DNA of 64,000 nt from contig CAZPGY010000009.1 of the NCBI GenBank assembly GCA_964586655.1, forward strand, positions 10,432-74,431, given 5' to 3'. Shown here piece by piece: positions 1 to 8,424 of this stretch; the stretch's first letter is position 1, and every line of letters starts with the position of its first letter. Source of the stretch: an uncultured Flavobacteriaceae bacterium. Lineage in GTDB: Bacteria > Bacteroidota > Bacteroidia > Flavobacteriales > Flavobacteriaceae. The notes under the pieces are model-generated. The model was not told where the DNA came from and did not search any database. It was given only the letters and a program-made list of their open reading frames with translations. Made by a program: the position numbers and the translations under genes.

Positions 1-2
1 AT

Positions 3-203
3 GTTAAATTCTCAAGTCTGCAAACCGAGGAAGTGGAAGTGAGCATTTATAACCTACAGGGAAAACGTACTTGGTATAAAGCTTATGATAACATAAATGC
101 GGAACAGCTTCAGCTCAATCTTCATGATTTACAACCCGGAATGTATTTTATTATTTTCGAAAGCAACTTGAAAAAGGCAGTTCAAAAGATTATTGTTGAA
201 TGA
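3..203 (+). CDS. 3' end of a secreted protein: T9SS C-terminal sorting domain (partial, N-terminus outside the window)
   Basis: Frame 3 is open from the window edge to TGA at 201-203. The translation VKFSSLQTEEVEVSIYNLQGKRTWYKAY...LQPGMYFIIFESNLKKAVQKIIVE has the same signature as the C-termini of the ORFs at 8425 and 40471. Confidence 0.6.
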   Translation, partial: VKFSSLQTEEVEVSIYNLQGKRTWYKAYDNINAEQLQLNLHDLQPGMYFIIFESNLKKAVQKIIVE

Positions 204-376
204 AGGTGAGGGTAGTGGTATGGTTGTCAACTGATAACCGACGCTTGTATGCAGAGTGATAATTAGGTATGAACTGTGCTTAAAAACAAACTTTAGGGAC
301 ATAATTTTCGTATTATTTCCAAGAAGAAGGGTAATGTTTATCTGTTAACATTTTTCTATATTGCCCTATAAAGGAA

Positions 377-384
377 TAATTTTG
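377..384 (+). promoter_or_regulatory. Candidate Bacteroidota -7 promoter box (TAATTTTG)
   Basis: Matches the TAnnTTTG consensus 26 nt upstream of the ATG at 410. This is a consensus match only. Confidence 0.25.
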
Positions 385-409
385 TATCTTTAGTAAAAAT
401 CTGGAAAGT

Positions 410-655
410 ATGGAAATAACACTTTCAATAAAAAACAAGAAACAACTTCGGGAAATTGAAAATATAGTTCACCGAATGGGAATTTCTATTTTAAATAAAA
501 GAGGGGAACAATTTAAAAATAAAGAAAAAAGAAAGGAAAAAGCGTGGACCGCAATCAGGGAATTACAAAGGATTAATGCTTTTTCAGGAATTGATGATCC
601 TGTAAAATGGCAGGATGAACAACGTAAAGATCGAAATATAGGGTGGGATGACTAA
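410..655 (+). CDS. Putative antitoxin of a VapBC-like type II toxin-antitoxin pair
   Basis: An 81-aa basic/acidic ORF with an ATG start. Its stop overlaps the start of the PIN-domain gene (ATGACTAA, 8-nt overlap). The role is assigned from position and size only. Confidence 0.5.
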   Translation: MEITLSIKNKKQLREIENIVHRMGISILNKRGEQFKNKEKRKEKAWTAIRELQRINAFSGIDDPVKWQDEQRKDRNIGWDD

Positions 656-1016
656 AATATTAATGGATTCTAATATTATAATAGGAATCATCAAAAATCG
701 GTTTCTCCTTGCCAAAGTAACTTCTTATGAAGCCATAATTTCAGAGGTTACCCGACTTGAGATACTTGGGTATCACAAAATAAAGCAACAGGAAGAGTTC
801 CTCATTTTAAAATTTATTAAAAATATTGATAGCATCTTGATTTCTAAAACAATCATAGATGTAGCCATAGAATTACGTAAAGAAAAATCGATGAGTATCG
901 GAGATGCTATTATCGCGGCTACTGCGATACAAGAAGAGATTCCACTTCTTACCGCTAATGCTAAAGATTTCAAACACGTTAAAGAACTTGATTTATTCCC
1001 CATGGACGAGATTTAA
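648..1016 (+). CDS. vapC: PIN-domain toxin (VapC family ribonuclease)
   Basis: 122 aa. It has the N-terminal acidic motif LMDSNIII, a central E (RLEILGY), and the C-terminal GDAIIAATAIQEEIPLLTANAKDF motif typical of PIN/VapC toxins. It is translationally coupled to the upstream small ORF. Confidence 0.75.
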   Translation: MTKILMDSNIIIGIIKNRFLLAKVTSYEAIISEVTRLEILGYHKIKQQEEFLILKFIKNIDSILISKTIIDVAIELRKEKSMSIGDAIIAATAIQEEIPLLTANAKDFKHVKELDLFPMDEI

Positions 1017-1033
1017 AAAGCTACTTATTTATT

Positions 1034-1277
1034 GTGCAAATTTTCATCAACACCTACGGCACTTACATTCACGTAAAAGACGAAATGTTTGAAATCAAAG
1101 TTCCCGAAAAGGAAAAAGATTCGACCAAAGTGAATCATATTGCCGCCCATAAAATCACTTCTTTTGTGATGAGTAAAGGAGCCGCTTTAAACACGGATGC
1201 CATCGCATTTAAAACACAATATTGATATTGTAATAGTTAACAGTTTAGAAAATCCTATGGGCCGATTTTTGGTATAG
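1034..1277 (+). pseudogene. cas1: cas1 5' fragment, frameshifted and truncated
   Basis: Frame 2 (GTG start) reads QIFINTYGTYIHVKDEMFEIKVPEKEKDSTKVNHIAAHKITSFVMSKGAALNTDAIAF. A 1-nt frame change then gives HLKHNIDIVIVNSLENPMGRFLV* at 1206-1277. Joined, this follows the Cas1 N-terminal domain pattern (..iS.dAi.l...hnIDIv..d..G.P.GR). Only about 80 codons remain. Confidence 0.55.
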
Positions 1278-1383
1278 TAAATTGGAAGTACTTTAAAAAT
1301 ATACAAAATTTGGGCTTTTAAACCTAATCCACAGACAAATAGGATTGAAATTTTTGGGTCGCGATAATATTTCTCCTTTTCTC

Positions 1384-1914
1384 TTATCTATCTTTTAAAT
1401 TGTACACTAAAATTATTGCCAAAATCCTTATGGCCGATATGTCTTTATTAAAAGTGAACAAAATGTCGGAATTATAGGTGGAATCTCCCTCATAAATTTT
1501 TCCGTTTTTTAGGGTTAGAATCACATCAGAACGGTAGGTAGAGTTGCCGCGATATGCTTTGTTGTTTTTTAGGGTTAATAAAATATCAGAGTTATAGGTA
1601 GAATTGCCGCGATATATTTTATTGTCTTTTAGGGTCAATAGGATATCAGAGTTGTAGGTAGAATTTCCGCGATATACTTTATTGTTTTTTAAAGTTAATA
1701 GAATATCAGAATTATAGGTAGAATTGCCGCGGTATACTTTATTGTTTTTTAAGGTTAATAAGAGGTCAGAATTATAGGTGGAATTGCCCTTATAAATATA
1801 TTGTTGTGAAAATCCGGTAAAACATATAAACAACGATAATGATATGGTGAACAAGGATAAGAATCCCCTGTTTGGCGTTGCATTGTCTTTTACATCAGTC
1901 GAACTTTTCTGCAT
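1384..1914 (-). CDS. Secreted or membrane-anchored protein made of six 20-aa tandem repeats (YRGNSTYNSDILLTLKNNKV)
   Basis: 176-aa ORF with an ATG start and an N-terminal hydrophobic segment (FLSLFTISLSLFICFTGFSQQ). The rest is a near-perfect 20-residue repeat that stays in frame, which supports coding. I do not recognise the family. Confidence 0.6.
   Translation of the reverse strand: MQKSSTDVKDNATPNRGFLSLFTISLSLFICFTGFSQQYIYKGNSTYNSDLLLTLKNNKVYRGNSTYNSDILLTLKNNKVYRGNSTYNSDILLTLKDNKIYRGNSTYNSDILLTLKNNKAYRGNSTYRSDVILTLKNGKIYEGDSTYNSDILFTFNKDISAIRILAIILVYNLKDR
1441..1800. repeat. Tandem repeat, 6 units of exactly 60 bp
   Basis: Units begin at 1441, 1501, 1561, 1621, 1681 and 1741, for example ttgttttttagggttaataaaatatcagagttataggtagaattgccgcgatata. 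The central units look about 85-95% identical by eye. The whole unit is conserved, with no spacers. Confidence 0.9.
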
Positions 1915-2137
1915 GGTATATAAAATTTGTGGATTTTTTTATGCACATCCCCCTTTTGATTTTTTTTTAAAAATTTTATCCAATTTAAATGAATTCCGGG
2001 TTAACATTGCATGGAATTATCCAATAAAAGTGTCAACCAAAATCAGGACAATACAGGGTTCTTCCGACGGTTCCGGCATTACCCTTGTTAAATTGTTTTC
2101 ATAGGAGGAAGGGTATAATACTTCCTCAAAAACTACT

Positions 2138-3091
2138 TTATTTCTTGGGCTGTTTCGGGGTTCGCTTGGGCTGCTTCGGGGTTTGTTTGAATTGTTGGTC
2201 GGGGTCGAAGAGTTTGACATCTTGTTGGTGGAAATCTAAACGATAGGAAACTCCTAAACCGGCTTGCCATCGGCTGGGTGTGTCTTTAAAATTGACCAAC
2301 CCGGAAATATCAATCTGAATGTCTTTGGTCAGTAAAAAGGCACCGCCAAACCTAAACAAATCGTCACTGTAAAAATCATTTTTAATGCTTTGATATTCTA
2401 TAAACAGGGAAGCACGTCTACTAATGGTGCCCGTTAGTGTGAAAATCCCTACATAACGTTTGTGTTCCTCGGTGAGTCGATCGGCAATAAAATTCATGAC
2501 AAACACAAAAGGCCCCCAGTTGTGTTGGGTGATTAACGCAAGTTTGGGGCTAAACATTGGACGGCCTTCACCATAAAAGGGATAACCGATAGGCTGATTG
2601 CCAAAGTTGAGGTTGACACCAGCATACACCGCAACTGCCGGAATGAGCTTCCACCATTTGAAGGAGTGGTTTGCTTTCCAACTGTATAGGTTGGGCTTGT
2701 CAAAATAATGAGCCCGATATGGATCATAAATAAGATATTTGAGTCCCAGTGCATTGGATTTAAAATTGCTAAATTCATAAGATTCTTGCACGCCACCCCG
2801 CATAAGCTGTTGTTGAACACTGAGGAAATCGCCACGCCAATTGATTTCCAGCTGAGGAAGTATGCCATACCGCAATTGAAAGTCTACGCCATAGCGGTCA
2901 GAATTTCTGTTGAGCAAGGCGTGTTCATCTTTACCAAAATGACCGCCAATTTCCAATTGCACTACCTTACGACCAACGGCAAAACCGCCTTGAGAAGCGC
3001 CCGGACGATTGGAATTGATGATTTCGGTATACTGCGCTTGCACCTGATAGCAACATAAAAGAGAGAGGAAAAATAAACTTGCCTTTTTCAT
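2138..3091 (-). CDS. Outer-membrane beta-barrel transporter-like protein (MetA-pathway/phenol-degradation-type OMP)
   Basis: ATG at 3091 (the ORF-track start at 3112 is TTG). Signal peptide MKKASLFFLSLLCCYQVQAQ is followed by NSNRPGASQGGFAVGRKVVQLEIGG and alternating beta-strand-like sequence. The C-terminus has an unusual basic tail, KQTPKQPKRTPKQPKK. Confidence 0.55.
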   Translation of the reverse strand: MKKASLFFLSLLCCYQVQAQYTEIINSNRPGASQGGFAVGRKVVQLEIGGHFGKDEHALLNRNSDRYGVDFQLRYGILPQLEINWRGDFLSVQQQLMRGGVQESYEFSNFKSNALGLKYLIYDPYRAHYFDKPNLYSWKANHSFKWWKLIPAVAVYAGVNLNFGNQPIGYPFYGEGRPMFSPKLALITQHNWGPFVFVMNFIADRLTEEHKRYVGIFTLTGTISRRASLFIEYQSIKNDFYSDDLFRFGGAFLLTKDIQIDISGLVNFKDTPSRWQAGLGVSYRLDFHQQDVKLFDPDQQFKQTPKQPKRTPKQPKK

Positions 3092-3282
3092 AAGATGGAT
3101 TTCTGTAGCCAAAAGTACATAAAAATTTTTGTATTGAAGATTTCAAAAAATTGTAATAAAAAAGGATTAAATATTTCGAAAGGGAACTGGCAAACTACAT
3201 TTCTTGAGAGCTATTACCAATTTTTATAGAAAGGAAGGGTATATTTTATGTTTTTTACAACTTTTTTACGTTGAGGATTTGA

Positions 3283-3290
3283 TAGTTTTG
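3283..3290 (+). promoter_or_regulatory. Candidate -7 promoter box (TAGTTTTG)
   Basis: TAnnTTTG match 30 nt upstream of the ATG at 3320. Confidence 0.25.
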
Positions 3291-3319
3291 CTGAAATCGT
3301 TTTTTAACCGACAGCCGCT

Positions 3320-3580
3320 ATGGAAGGAATTTGGAAATTTTTAGTTCTCTTTTTCGTTATTTATGTGATCGTAAAACTTGTTTTGAAATATTACGGAAAA
3401 GCCATTATGCGGTTTGTTTTGCGGAAAATAGGCAAGCGTGTGGAACGAAAGTTTAGAGAAGCCAAAGGATTTGATGAAGCTCGAGAAACCGGCAAGACAA
3501 CTATAACCCACAAACCCCAAGCGCGTCAATCGATTAATAAAGAGGTAGGGGAGTATATTGATTACGAAGAAATTGATTAG
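3320..3580 (+). CDS. DUF4834-like small membrane protein
   Basis: 86 aa with one N-terminal TM helix, a basic linker, and the C-terminal GEYIDYEEID motif that I recognise from Bacteroidota DUF4834 proteins. Confidence 0.5.
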   Translation: MEGIWKFLVLFFVIYVIVKLVLKYYGKAIMRFVLRKIGKRVERKFREAKGFDEARETGKTTITHKPQARQSINKEVGEYIDYEEID

Positions 3581-3612
3581 ATTTACCCCTTTCGGAATAA
3601 ACCAATTTATCG

Positions 3613-6084
3613 ATGACTTTTGACTATAAAAAAATTTTACCCCACCTCATTGTTGTCCTGATTTTTATTATCGCCTCCTTGGCCTATTTTAGCCCTGTCT
3701 TGAAGGGGAAAGTAATGAGACAGGGGGATATCATTCAGTATAAAGGGATGTCACATCAATTGTGGGATTTTAGAAAACAGCACCCCGGCAAAAAAACTTT
3801 TTGGATGCAAAATGCTTTTGGCGGGATGCCGACTTATACCGTGAGTCGTAGTAATCTGCCACACAACTTTCTAACCGATATTTATAAAGTTATAAACTTC
3901 TTACCCAAACCTGCAAATCACCTGTTCCTATTTTTTGTTGGGCTTTATATTCTTTTCTTGGTGATGAAAGTGGATTATAAATTGGCAACTATAGGGGCTT
4001 TGGCTATTGGTTTATCTACATGGTTTGTTATTTTATTAGGAGTCGGGCATATTACAAAAGCCCAGGCTATTGCATATATGCCGGTTGTTATTGCAGGAGT
4101 GCTATCTATGTTTAAACGGAAATATTTCTGGGGGGGGATTATATTAATGATTGGACTTTCACTGGAGATATATGCTTACCATTATCAAATCACTTATTAT
4201 CTCCTTTATATAGTGATAATAATAGGCTTAGTTCATTTATATTCTGCTATTAAAAATAAACAATTGTCAACTTTCTTTAAGTCGGTTGGGCTTATGCTCA
4301 TACCGGTCGCTTTAGCAGTGGCTGCTAATGGTATGAATTTGATAACTACGAGTCGATATGCAGATTTTAGTATGCGTTCGCCTACAGGATTAACCATAAA
4401 TTCTGAGGGGGAAGGAACTACTAAAAAATCTACAGGGATGAGTTATGATTATATTACGACTTTTAGCTACGGTATTTCTGAAACGATGAATTTATTTATT
4501 CCCGATTTTGTTGGCGGAGCCAGCGTTGAAGCTTTGGGGAAAGATTCTCATACTTTTAAATTTTTGACACAGCAAAAAGGGGTGTCGGCATTTCGCGCTC
4601 AAAAATTTTTGCAACATGCGCCAACTTATTGGGGAGATCAGCCCTATGTGGCAGCGCCGAGTTATATTGGTGCAACGATAATATTTTTGTTTATCTTGGC
4701 ACTCTTTCTGGTGCGGGAACGGCGATTGAAAACCTGGGTTGTCATTGCTTGCATTGTAGGGATCATTCTTTCCTGGGGGCGTCATGTCGAACCCATCACG
4801 CGGTTTTTTATTGATTATGTTCCGTTTTATGATAAGTTCAGGGCGGTTTCCATGATTCAGGTTATTCCCGATATGTTGGTCCCATTTTTTGGATTTTATG
4901 GGTTGTCCAAACTATTTTCTGATAAATTAAACCGGAAAACTAAACTATATGCCCTGAAATGGGCAACGATTATTGCCGGCGGTATTTGTGTGTTTTTTCT
5001 CTTATTTAAAACTCTACTCTTTGATTTCTCCGGCCGTCTGGATATGCGATATGTCAAAATGGTTGGTCCCGGTTTTATCGAGGCGCTCAAACAGGATCGT
5101 ATCGCCATGTTTAATGCCAGTACCATTCGAACTTTGGTGTTTGTATTGTTTTCCGCCGGTTTTATCTGGGCTTATATTAGCCGGAAAATACGCAAGAGAT
5201 GGTTGATAGGTGCTTTAATCCTCCTTGTCGTCGTAGATTTGGTTGGAGTTGATAGGGATTATGTCAATAATGATGATTTTGAAGTTAAAATGGCTAATGC
5301 TTCTAAACCATTTGTGCCTAATGCCGCAGATAAACAAATCATGAAGGATAAGGGGCATTATCGTGTTCTGGATCTATCGGTAGACAATCCTATGAGTTCT
5401 GCCAGAGCCTCATATTTTCATAACTCCATTGGGGGATACAGTAGTGCCAAACCCGGTCGGTATCAAGAATTGCTTAGTTTTTATCGCGGCGATAGTCTTT
5501 ACCGAGTTATCCTCAATATGTTGAATACCAAATATTTTATTGTTAAAAACAATGGGAATATTATGGCCAAGAAAAATCCGGCTGCTTTTGGTAATGTCTG
5601 GTTTGTCAATCAGGTCAAATTTGTCAATTCGGTTAATGCTGAAATGCTTGCCATGAACAAGGTAAACTTACAAACAACGGCTGTGGTCAATACAGAATTT
5701 AAAGATTTGGTGCCTAAAACGCATTTTAAAAGCAGCCCGGAGGATCAAATTACGTTAACCCATTTTCAACCCAATAAACTGGTCTATCAATACACTTTGG
5801 CACATAATCGTCTGGCAGTATTTTCAGAGAATTACTATCCCTATGGTTGGCAAATTCATATTGACGGGAAACCGGTAGATATGGCACGTGCCGACTATAC
5901 TTTGCGAGCGGTCTATCTCCCGGCGGGATCGCATACCATCACGTTCAAATTTTATCCGGATGTGTTGAAAATTGGCGGCATTGTTAATACGATTATTGGG
6001 CTGTTAATGGCTGTATTGGTTATTGGTGGAATTGTCTTTATTGTTCTTAAAAAAAAGAAACAGTATTCTAATCATGCCGATTAA
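3613..6084 (+). CDS. YfhO-family polytopic membrane protein (putative extracytoplasmic glycosyltransferase)
   Basis: 823 aa. About 12 N-terminal TM segments are followed by a large soluble domain and a final TM helix. The N-terminus FSPVLKGKVMRQGDIIQYKGMSHQ is typical of the YfhO family. Confidence 0.75.
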   Translation: MTFDYKKILPHLIVVLIFIIASLAYFSPVLKGKVMRQGDIIQYKGMSHQLWDFRKQHPGKKTFWMQNAFGGMPTYTVSRSNLPHNFLTDIYKVINFLPKPANHLFLFFVGLYILFLVMKVDYKLATIGALAIGLSTWFVILLGVGHITKAQAIAYMPVVIAGVLSMFKRKYFWGGIILMIGLSLEIYAYHYQITYYLLYIVIIIGLVHLYSAIKNKQLSTFFKSVGLMLIPVALAVAANGMNLITTSRYADFSMRSPTGLTINSEGEGTTKKSTGMSYDYITTFSYGISETMNLFIPDFVGGASVEALGKDSHTFKFLTQQKGVSAFRAQKFLQHAPTYWGDQPYVAAPSYIGATIIFLFILALFLVRERRLKTWVVIACIVGIILSWGRHVEPITRFFIDYVPFYDKFRAVSMIQVIPDMLVPFFGFYGLSKLFSDKLNRKTKLYALKWATIIAGGICVFFLLFKTLLFDFSGRLDMRYVKMVGPGFIEALKQDRIAMFNASTIRTLVFVLFSAGFIWAYISRKIRKRWLIGALILLVVVDLVGVDRDYVNNDDFEVKMANASKPFVPNAADKQIMKDKGHYRVLDLSVDNPMSSARASYFHNSIGGYSSAKPGRYQELLSFYRGDSLYRVILNMLNTKYFIVKNNGNIMAKKNPAAFGNVWFVNQVKFVNSVNAEMLAMNKVNLQTTAVVNTEFKDLVPKTHFKSSPEDQITLTHFQPNKLVYQYTLAHNRLAVFSENYYPYGWQIHIDGKPVDMARADYTLRAVYLPAGSHTITFKFYPDVLKIGGIVNTIIGLLMAVLVIGGIVFIVLKKKKQYSNHAD

Positions 6085-6108
6085 ACCGCGATAACGAATG
6101 GCCTAAAA

Positions 6109-7323
6109 TTATAGGTATCGGGCTTCCAATATCTCTAAAACAGTCTGACAATAGTGCCCCCGCCTTAATTGTGGGGCATCATAAATTTCATTGATTTTTT
6201 GGGTGTTTTTAAGCCCCAGTTGATGTTTTTCCGGATCGCCATTTATAATGGATTTTAAGGTGTCGATGTCTTTAAACCAATAGCGGGCGAAGCGATCAAA
6301 CCCGAAAAATATGCCCACGGTGCTTTTTTTGTATTCTTCCAGATCGGAGACAAAAAAATGGATGGGGCGGTCGGTTAGGGCATAATCTATAAATACACTC
6401 GAATAATCGGTAATCAGGATATCTGCAGCTGCAATTAGTTTCTGGGGATCCGTGTTGAGCTTGTGTTTCAGGAGTTTGATATTACCCCGTGATTCCTGTG
6501 TAACACGGCTCTTGGGATGGGGTTTGACGTACAGCTTTATCCGGTTGGTTTCCAATGACTTTAAGAAGCTTTCGTCAGCATAGAGTTTTTGGATGATACT
6601 GTCAATATAGGAAACTTTATTTTTATCCGAATCCCGCCAAGTCGGCATGTACAGGATAAAACTTTCTCCTTCTAAATGATTTTGGCTCTTTTTAAAGGCT
6701 GCAATTGCTTCTTTGTCAAAAAGCACATCATTTCGCGGCTGTCCGGTGATGTGGACGGCCTCGGCATTGAGCCTGAAAATTTTCATTAGCAGTTCCTTGG
6801 CCTTTTGGGAAGTGGCAATGGCTACTGTCGGTATTAAGTGAAAATAGATGCGGCACATCCAATATTTAAGTGTTCGCCGCAGGTTTCTTTCTCTATTCTG
6901 AAGATAATTGACAGTAAACCCGTACTTCTTAAAGGGCATCCCGTGCCCTAAACAGACTTTTTCCGCCCCTTGGCATAAATCGAAGTTCCCGATGTCGGTC
7001 ATCCCGTTGGCAATAAATACGAACCCGGCCTTTAGCCGGAGGTTCCTTGCCTTATTTTCACGGGATAAATAGCATTCCCGACCCTGGGCAGTCAATTGGG
7101 CTTTGACCGACTTATTTTTGGTAATCCAGACCGCCCTGATGTCAGGCCGTTTTCGAAGGATGTATTCGAAGAAGTATTTGGGGTTGTCGCTGTATTTTTG
7201 GCCTTCCCAAGCCCCAAAAAGCCAAAGAGACTTATCCCTTTTTTTAAGTTTGAGAAGTTTGAGGCATACATTGCCCACCCAGTGATAAAAATAAATGATG
7301 ACTTCGCGGGGAGATAAAAGCAT
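6109..7323 (-). CDS. CDP-glycerol/CDP-ribitol polyol-phosphate transferase (TagF/TarL family)
   Basis: 404 aa with the family motifs LYMPTWRD, KPHP and ITDYSSVFIDYALTDRPIHFF. Confidence 0.8.
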   Translation of the reverse strand: MLLSPREVIIYFYHWVGNVCLKLLKLKKRDKSLWLFGAWEGQKYSDNPKYFFEYILRKRPDIRAVWITKNKSVKAQLTAQGRECYLSRENKARNLRLKAGFVFIANGMTDIGNFDLCQGAEKVCLGHGMPFKKYGFTVNYLQNRERNLRRTLKYWMCRIYFHLIPTVAIATSQKAKELLMKIFRLNAEAVHITGQPRNDVLFDKEAIAAFKKSQNHLEGESFILYMPTWRDSDKNKVSYIDSIIQKLYADESFLKSLETNRIKLYVKPHPKSRVTQESRGNIKLLKHKLNTDPQKLIAAADILITDYSSVFIDYALTDRPIHFFVSDLEEYKKSTVGIFFGFDRFARYWFKDIDTLKSIINGDPEKHQLGLKNTQKINEIYDAPQLRRGHYCQTVLEILEARYL

Positions 7324-7367
7324 CTTAATGGAATTTTTAATGGTGAATCATCAGGATAAATTACAAA

Positions 7368-8288
7368 TTAATACCACAACCGGGCTTCTACCTTTTTAAG
7401 GTAAGCCAGGGATTTTTTGCTGATTTTTTGGGGCTGCATATTTTTGGGTATTTTGGTGATTTTTAGCAATGTTTTGAGCATTCCGAGAAGATCAAATTTT
7501 GTCTCCTTTAAATATTGCAGCGCCCACATCAAAGCGGTGCTATAAAAATACTTCGAAGGCAGATAACGCCAGGCCACCACGCACTTGTTATACCACATCA
7601 TAGCCAATTTTTTGGCATTGGTTACGCGACCGTCAGGGGATTCTTTGTGCCATAGCTTTATGGAATCGTCATAGGCCAGGGTATAGCCCGCATCTATGAT
7701 CCGGTAACTCAGGTCGTATTCCTCCATGCCATAAAAGAAATCTTCGGGGTAAGATCCGGTTTTTTGAAATAATTCCTTTTTCATCAAATGGGCCCCACCA
7801 GCAAAATAATAGGTTAGAAACCAATCTTTATCTTTATATCTATTATAGTTTTTCTGAGGAAATACATTTTTTTGATGTTTCCCGGTTGAAAAGTAAAATA
7901 CCTTTACGGTTATTATTCCAGTATTATTCTTACGGTATTGCTTTTTTGAAAATAATTTATGTGCTGTTTTAATTGTATCTTTATCCTTTAACACAATATC
8001 ATCATCAATAGTGAATAAAACAGGGTATTTTGCCCTATCTATCAGGAAGTTGCGTCCCCCGGCCACTCCGAGATTTTGATTGTGGTCAATATAACGAATC
8101 GGGACTTTGGGGTTTTCCCGGATGAAATTTTCAATCCCTGCGTATGAAACCGTGGAGGCATTGTTGAGCAACAGGATTTCCCCCACGTACTGTTCCAGGC
8201 CGTTCTGGGCCTTTAGGGATTCCAAAAGCGCCAAGGTATCCCCGGGTCGGTTATAAGTGATGATGAGTATGCTTAGGTTTGGGGGCAT
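7368..8288 (-). CDS. Glycosyltransferase family 2
   Basis: The N-terminal LSILIITYNRPGDTLALLESL, NNAST, GVAGGRNF and TIDDDI motifs indicate a GT-A fold. Confidence 0.8.
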   Translation of the reverse strand: MPPNLSILIITYNRPGDTLALLESLKAQNGLEQYVGEILLLNNASTVSYAGIENFIRENPKVPIRYIDHNQNLGVAGGRNFLIDRAKYPVLFTIDDDIVLKDKDTIKTAHKLFSKKQYRKNNTGIITVKVFYFSTGKHQKNVFPQKNYNRYKDKDWFLTYYFAGGAHLMKKELFQKTGSYPEDFFYGMEEYDLSYRIIDAGYTLAYDDSIKLWHKESPDGRVTNAKKLAMMWYNKCVVAWRYLPSKYFYSTALMWALQYLKETKFDLLGMLKTLLKITKIPKNMQPQKISKKSLAYLKKVEARLWY

Positions 8289-8362
8289 CGGATTTAAAAT
8301 ATTAGAACGGACGATATTAAGGAATTAATCAGTAACTACCATAAGCAAAACATGAATTGATC

Positions 8363-8395
8363 AAAAAAAACCGCTTCGATAGTGAAACGGTTTTT
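8363..8395 (-). terminator. Rho-independent terminator downstream of the 8425 gene
   Basis: The minus-strand RNA reads CCGUUUC-ACUAUC-GAAGCGG (one G-U pair) followed by a U8 run. Confidence 0.5.
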
Positions 8396-8424
8396 ATTTT
8401 GATAAAAATAAAGCTCAGGGACAA

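Noticed and set aside
1441-1800. A 60-bp periodic array next to a cas1 fragment might be a CRISPR array.
   Set aside because: The entire 60-bp unit is conserved, so there are no variable spacers. The units are contiguous and stay in frame inside a 176-aa ORF with a signal peptide. This is a coding tandem repeat, not repeat-spacer architecture.
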